A stretch of DNA of 64,000 nt from Anaeramoeba ignava BMAN (taxonomy: Eukaryota; Protista; Anaeramoebae). Shown here piece after piece: positions 60,982 to 64,000 of the stretch; position 1 is the stretch's first letter; the number at the start of each line of letters is the position of its first letter. The translations under genes and the position numbers were made by a program. The notes beneath the pieces are model-generated. The model was not told where the DNA came from, searched no databases, and was given only the letters and a program-made list of their open reading frames with translations. The stretch is taken from contig JAPDFW010000074.1 of the NCBI GenBank assembly GCA_028826165.1, positions 248,001-312,000 of the forward strand, written 5' to 3'.

Positions 60982-63768
60982 TTAAATATCTAAATTATCT
61001 TGAAGTTCTTGTTCTTCTTCGTTTTCTTTGATAATTTCTTTGATAATTTGTTTTCTTCTTTTTTTCTTCTTATAGAAAATAATTCCAATAATAATTATTG
61101 AAATAATAACAATAATTGGAATAATTATACCTAAACTTATTGATGTTATTTTTGAATTATCATTAGATTCATTTGTTGATGATATTGTAATTGATGTTGA
61201 TGAATTAATTCCTGAATATTCATTAAATGAACAATTTAAATCAGCTGATGAATAAATTGAAATTTCATAATATTCTCCTTCATTTAATCCTGAAGAAACT
61301 GAATAATTTGTTGTTAAATTTGTTAAGCAAATTGAAGTTGAATTATAAGTAAATGAATATGCTTTTAATCCACTTGATAAAATTAATGAATTCCAATTAC
61401 ATTCAAATCCATTAATTAATGAATTACAAATTAATGAAGTAATATTTCCTAATTTAGCTCTTGTTGAAATAATTGAACTAGGTAATCCTAAATATGGAGT
61501 TTCACAATTTAAATCTGAACATCCTCGAATTGAAATATTATATTCAATATTTCCTGATATTCCACTTATGATTCCAATTATTTCATTTCCACTTAAATCA
61601 AGAGATGTGAATTTTCCCCAATTTGTTTCATTATTAAGTGAAATTGAATAATTATTTGCATTTGTTAATTTTGTGAAATTAAATTCAATTTCTTCAATTT
61701 TAGAAATTGTTTCATAAATTATTGGAGATGTTAAATTATCAGTTTTAATTGAAATTGATGAAATATATCCACATTTTCCATTTGAATTACATGCTGATAT
61801 ATTGATTTGATATTCTTGATTTGGGAATTGAACTGTAAATTGTTGATTTGATGAAGTTGATTGATAATTTCCTGAATCATTTTGATAAATTGATTGATAA
61901 GTTAAATTATAATAAAATGGAATTGAACAATTAATTGGTTGATTCCAATTACAATTAATATCTATTGAATTTGAAATTGAACATGTTAAATTTGTAATTT
62001 CACCAAATAATAATGAAATTGATGATTCAACAATTTCTCCTTTATCATCTCCTTCACATTCTTGTGTTCTACATCCACAAATTGAAATATTATAATCATT
62101 TTCAGATTCTAAATTATTCAAAAAATAATCAAGTGAAGAATTATCAACTGAAATGAAAGATATTAAATCAGGTTGAGATTGAATGAAATAAGAAAGATTA
62201 TAATGATTAAGATGAGCAATTCCTTCATTGATTTGAACATTTGGATAATCCCAAGTAACATTAATTGAATTATTTGAAGGATTTGATAATTGAAAATCTT
62301 TTACAGAATCAATTTTTGTTGTTAAATTAATGAAAGAAGAAGATTCACCACATTTCATTGTTACATTATCACAAGCTTTGATTTGAATTGAATAATATTC
62401 ATTTCCAGTAATATTATCATAAATTGAAGAATTAAATTGTTGATAATAAACATTTCCATCTTCAAGAATTGGAGAATCAATATCAATCCAATCATATCCA
62501 TAATTAATTTGATATTTCAGAGTTGAAGGAAATTCAATTTTATCCCAATAACAATCAAATAATGAAAACAAAGATGAACAATTAAGAATATTAACTTGGG
62601 GAATGAAACTACCTTCATAAACAAATACTTTATTTGAACCATAAGTTCCAATAACAGTAAAATTTCCATAAATTGAAACAGAATTCCCAAAATTTGTAGC
62701 TGATTCACTCAAAAATTTTTCTTGATTCCAAATTGATTCATTATATCTGTAAATATATGCTTTATTTGCATAACGAGCTCCAATAACAATAACATCTTCA
62801 TAAATTGAAACAGAATATCCAAAATATGTAGCCGATTGATTCAAAATTTGTTCTTCATTCCAAATTGATTCATTATATCTGTAAATAAATACTTTTTTTG
62901 CAGCATAATCTCCAATAACAATAACATCTTTATAAATTGAAACACTCCATCCAAAATATGAAGCTGAAGGTTCATCCAAAACTTGTTCTTCATTCCAAAT
63001 TGATTCATTATATCTGTAAATAAATGCTTTTCTTGCATAATAAGTTCCAATAACAATAACATCTTTATAAATTGAAACAGAATCCCCAAAATATGGAATT
63101 GAAGGTTCACTCAAAACTTGTTCTTCATTCCAAATTGTTCCATTATATCTGTAAATAAATGCTTTTCTTGCATCAGAATAAGTTCCAATAACAATAACAT
63201 CTTTATAAATTGAAACAGAATTCCCAAAAAATGTAATTGAAGGTTCATCCAAAACTTGTTCTTGATTCCAAATTGATCCATTATATCTGTAAATATATGC
63301 TTTACTTGCATAACGAGCTCCAATAACAATAATATCTTCATAAATTGAAACAGACTTCCCAAAATATGAAATTGAAGGTTCATCCAAAATTTGTTCTTGA
63401 TTCCAAATTGATCCATTATATCTGTAAATATATGCTTGATTTGCACCAAAAGCACCAATAACAAGAACATCTTTATAAATTGAAACAGAATCTCCAAAAT
63501 ATCCTGAACCTGAAAATTGATCTAATAAATTCCAAATCCAAGCTTCATCTGGAGTAGAATAATATCTTGTTGTTTCTGTTAATAATCTTGTTGTTTCTAA
63601 TTCTTGAATTATTGTTGAAATTGAATTTTGTTGATCTTGATTTTGATTTTGATTTTGATCTTGATTTTGATTTTGATTTTGATCTTGATTTTGATTTTGA
63701 TTTGATTGAATTAAGAAAATATTAATAATTAAGAAAAAGAAAAAAGAAAAGAAAAGAATTAATTTCAT
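60982..63768 (-). CDS. Receptor copy G (7 blades, 928 aa, intact)
   Basis: Full ORF with the same architecture and an expanded NQ/DQ tract after the signal peptide. Confidence 0.9.
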   Translation of the reverse strand: MKLILFFSFFFFLIINIFLIQSNQNQNQDQNQNQNQDQNQNQNQDQQNSISTIIQELETTRLLTETTRYYSTPDEAWIWNLLDQFSGSGYFGDSVSIYKDVLVIGAFGANQAYIYRYNGSIWNQEQILDEPSISYFGKSVSIYEDIIVIGARYASKAYIYRYNGSIWNQEQVLDEPSITFFGNSVSIYKDVIVIGTYSDARKAFIYRYNGTIWNEEQVLSEPSIPYFGDSVSIYKDVIVIGTYYARKAFIYRYNESIWNEEQVLDEPSASYFGWSVSIYKDVIVIGDYAAKKVFIYRYNESIWNEEQILNQSATYFGYSVSIYEDVIVIGARYANKAYIYRYNESIWNQEKFLSESATNFGNSVSIYGNFTVIGTYGSNKVFVYEGSFIPQVNILNCSSLFSLFDCYWDKIEFPSTLKYQINYGYDWIDIDSPILEDGNVYYQQFNSSIYDNITGNEYYSIQIKACDNVTMKCGESSSFINLTTKIDSVKDFQLSNPSNNSINVTWDYPNVQINEGIAHLNHYNLSYFIQSQPDLISFISVDNSSLDYFLNNLESENDYNISICGCRTQECEGDDKGEIVESSISLLFGEITNLTCSISNSIDINCNWNQPINCSIPFYYNLTYQSIYQNDSGNYQSTSSNQQFTVQFPNQEYQINISACNSNGKCGYISSISIKTDNLTSPIIYETISKIEEIEFNFTKLTNANNYSISLNNETNWGKFTSLDLSGNEIIGIISGISGNIEYNISIRGCSDLNCETPYLGLPSSIISTRAKLGNITSLICNSLINGFECNWNSLILSSGLKAYSFTYNSTSICLTNLTTNYSVSSGLNEGEYYEISIYSSADLNCSFNEYSGINSSTSITISSTNESNDNSKITSISLGIIIPIIVIISIIIIGIIFYKKKKRRKQIIKEIIKENEEEQELQDNLDI

Positions 63769-64000
63769 TTTTGTTTTGTTTTGTTTTGCTATTTTTTATT
63801 TAAATTAAAAATAAATAGAAAATTAATAAAATAAGTTTATTTTTGTGTTTATTTGTGTTTATTTATTAAAAAATATTTTTTTTCTTACTTTTTTGTTTTT
63901 GTTTTTGTTTTTGTTTGAAAGAAAAAAAGAATGAAAGAAGAAGAAAAAAATGATTAATTTTTTATTTAATTAAAAAATTGAGAAAAAAAAATGATTATTT

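Noticed and set aside
43099-63497. Recurrent short ORFs of the type MNLQ...ILFQFMKMLLLLELL
   Set aside because: Shifted-frame readings of the blade repeats; no independent evidence of coding.
25394-63768. Diversity-generating retroelement as the source of receptor variation
   Set aside because: No reverse transcriptase or template repeat in the window; variation looks block-wise and is not evidently adenine-specific.

Overview
This is extremely AT-rich, intron-containing eukaryotic DNA. The microsatellite-filled GT-AG introns, the RCC1-BTB gene and an intein suggest an anaerobic protist such as Anaeramoeba (inference, not verified). The left part (1-24 kb) holds mostly spliced genes: an F-box/LRR protein with a very long N/Q/E/I tract, INTS2, a CDK5/Pho85-like kinase, a U-box-less PPIL2-like cyclophilin, ATG11/FIP200, a bacterial-type GH13_18 sugar phosphorylase with three introns, a CPBP protease, syntaxin-16 and RCC1-BTB. 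From 24.3 kb onward there are seven near-identical surface-receptor genes (signal peptide, 6-7 FG-GAP-like propeller blades, FN3-like stalk, TM, short tail). Their blades are hypervariable and shared in mosaic fashion between copies, and they are separated by a ~145-bp satellite. The receptor genes form two convergent arrays flanking a ~9-kb block. That block contains an SRP receptor alpha gene with a 275-aa intein in its GTPase P-loop and a spliceosomal intron exactly at the extein/intein boundary, plus two actin-like ORFs that splice in frame into one tandem di-actin protein. An intact pogo-family DD35D transposon (46-bp TIRs, TA target duplication) sits inside the array.
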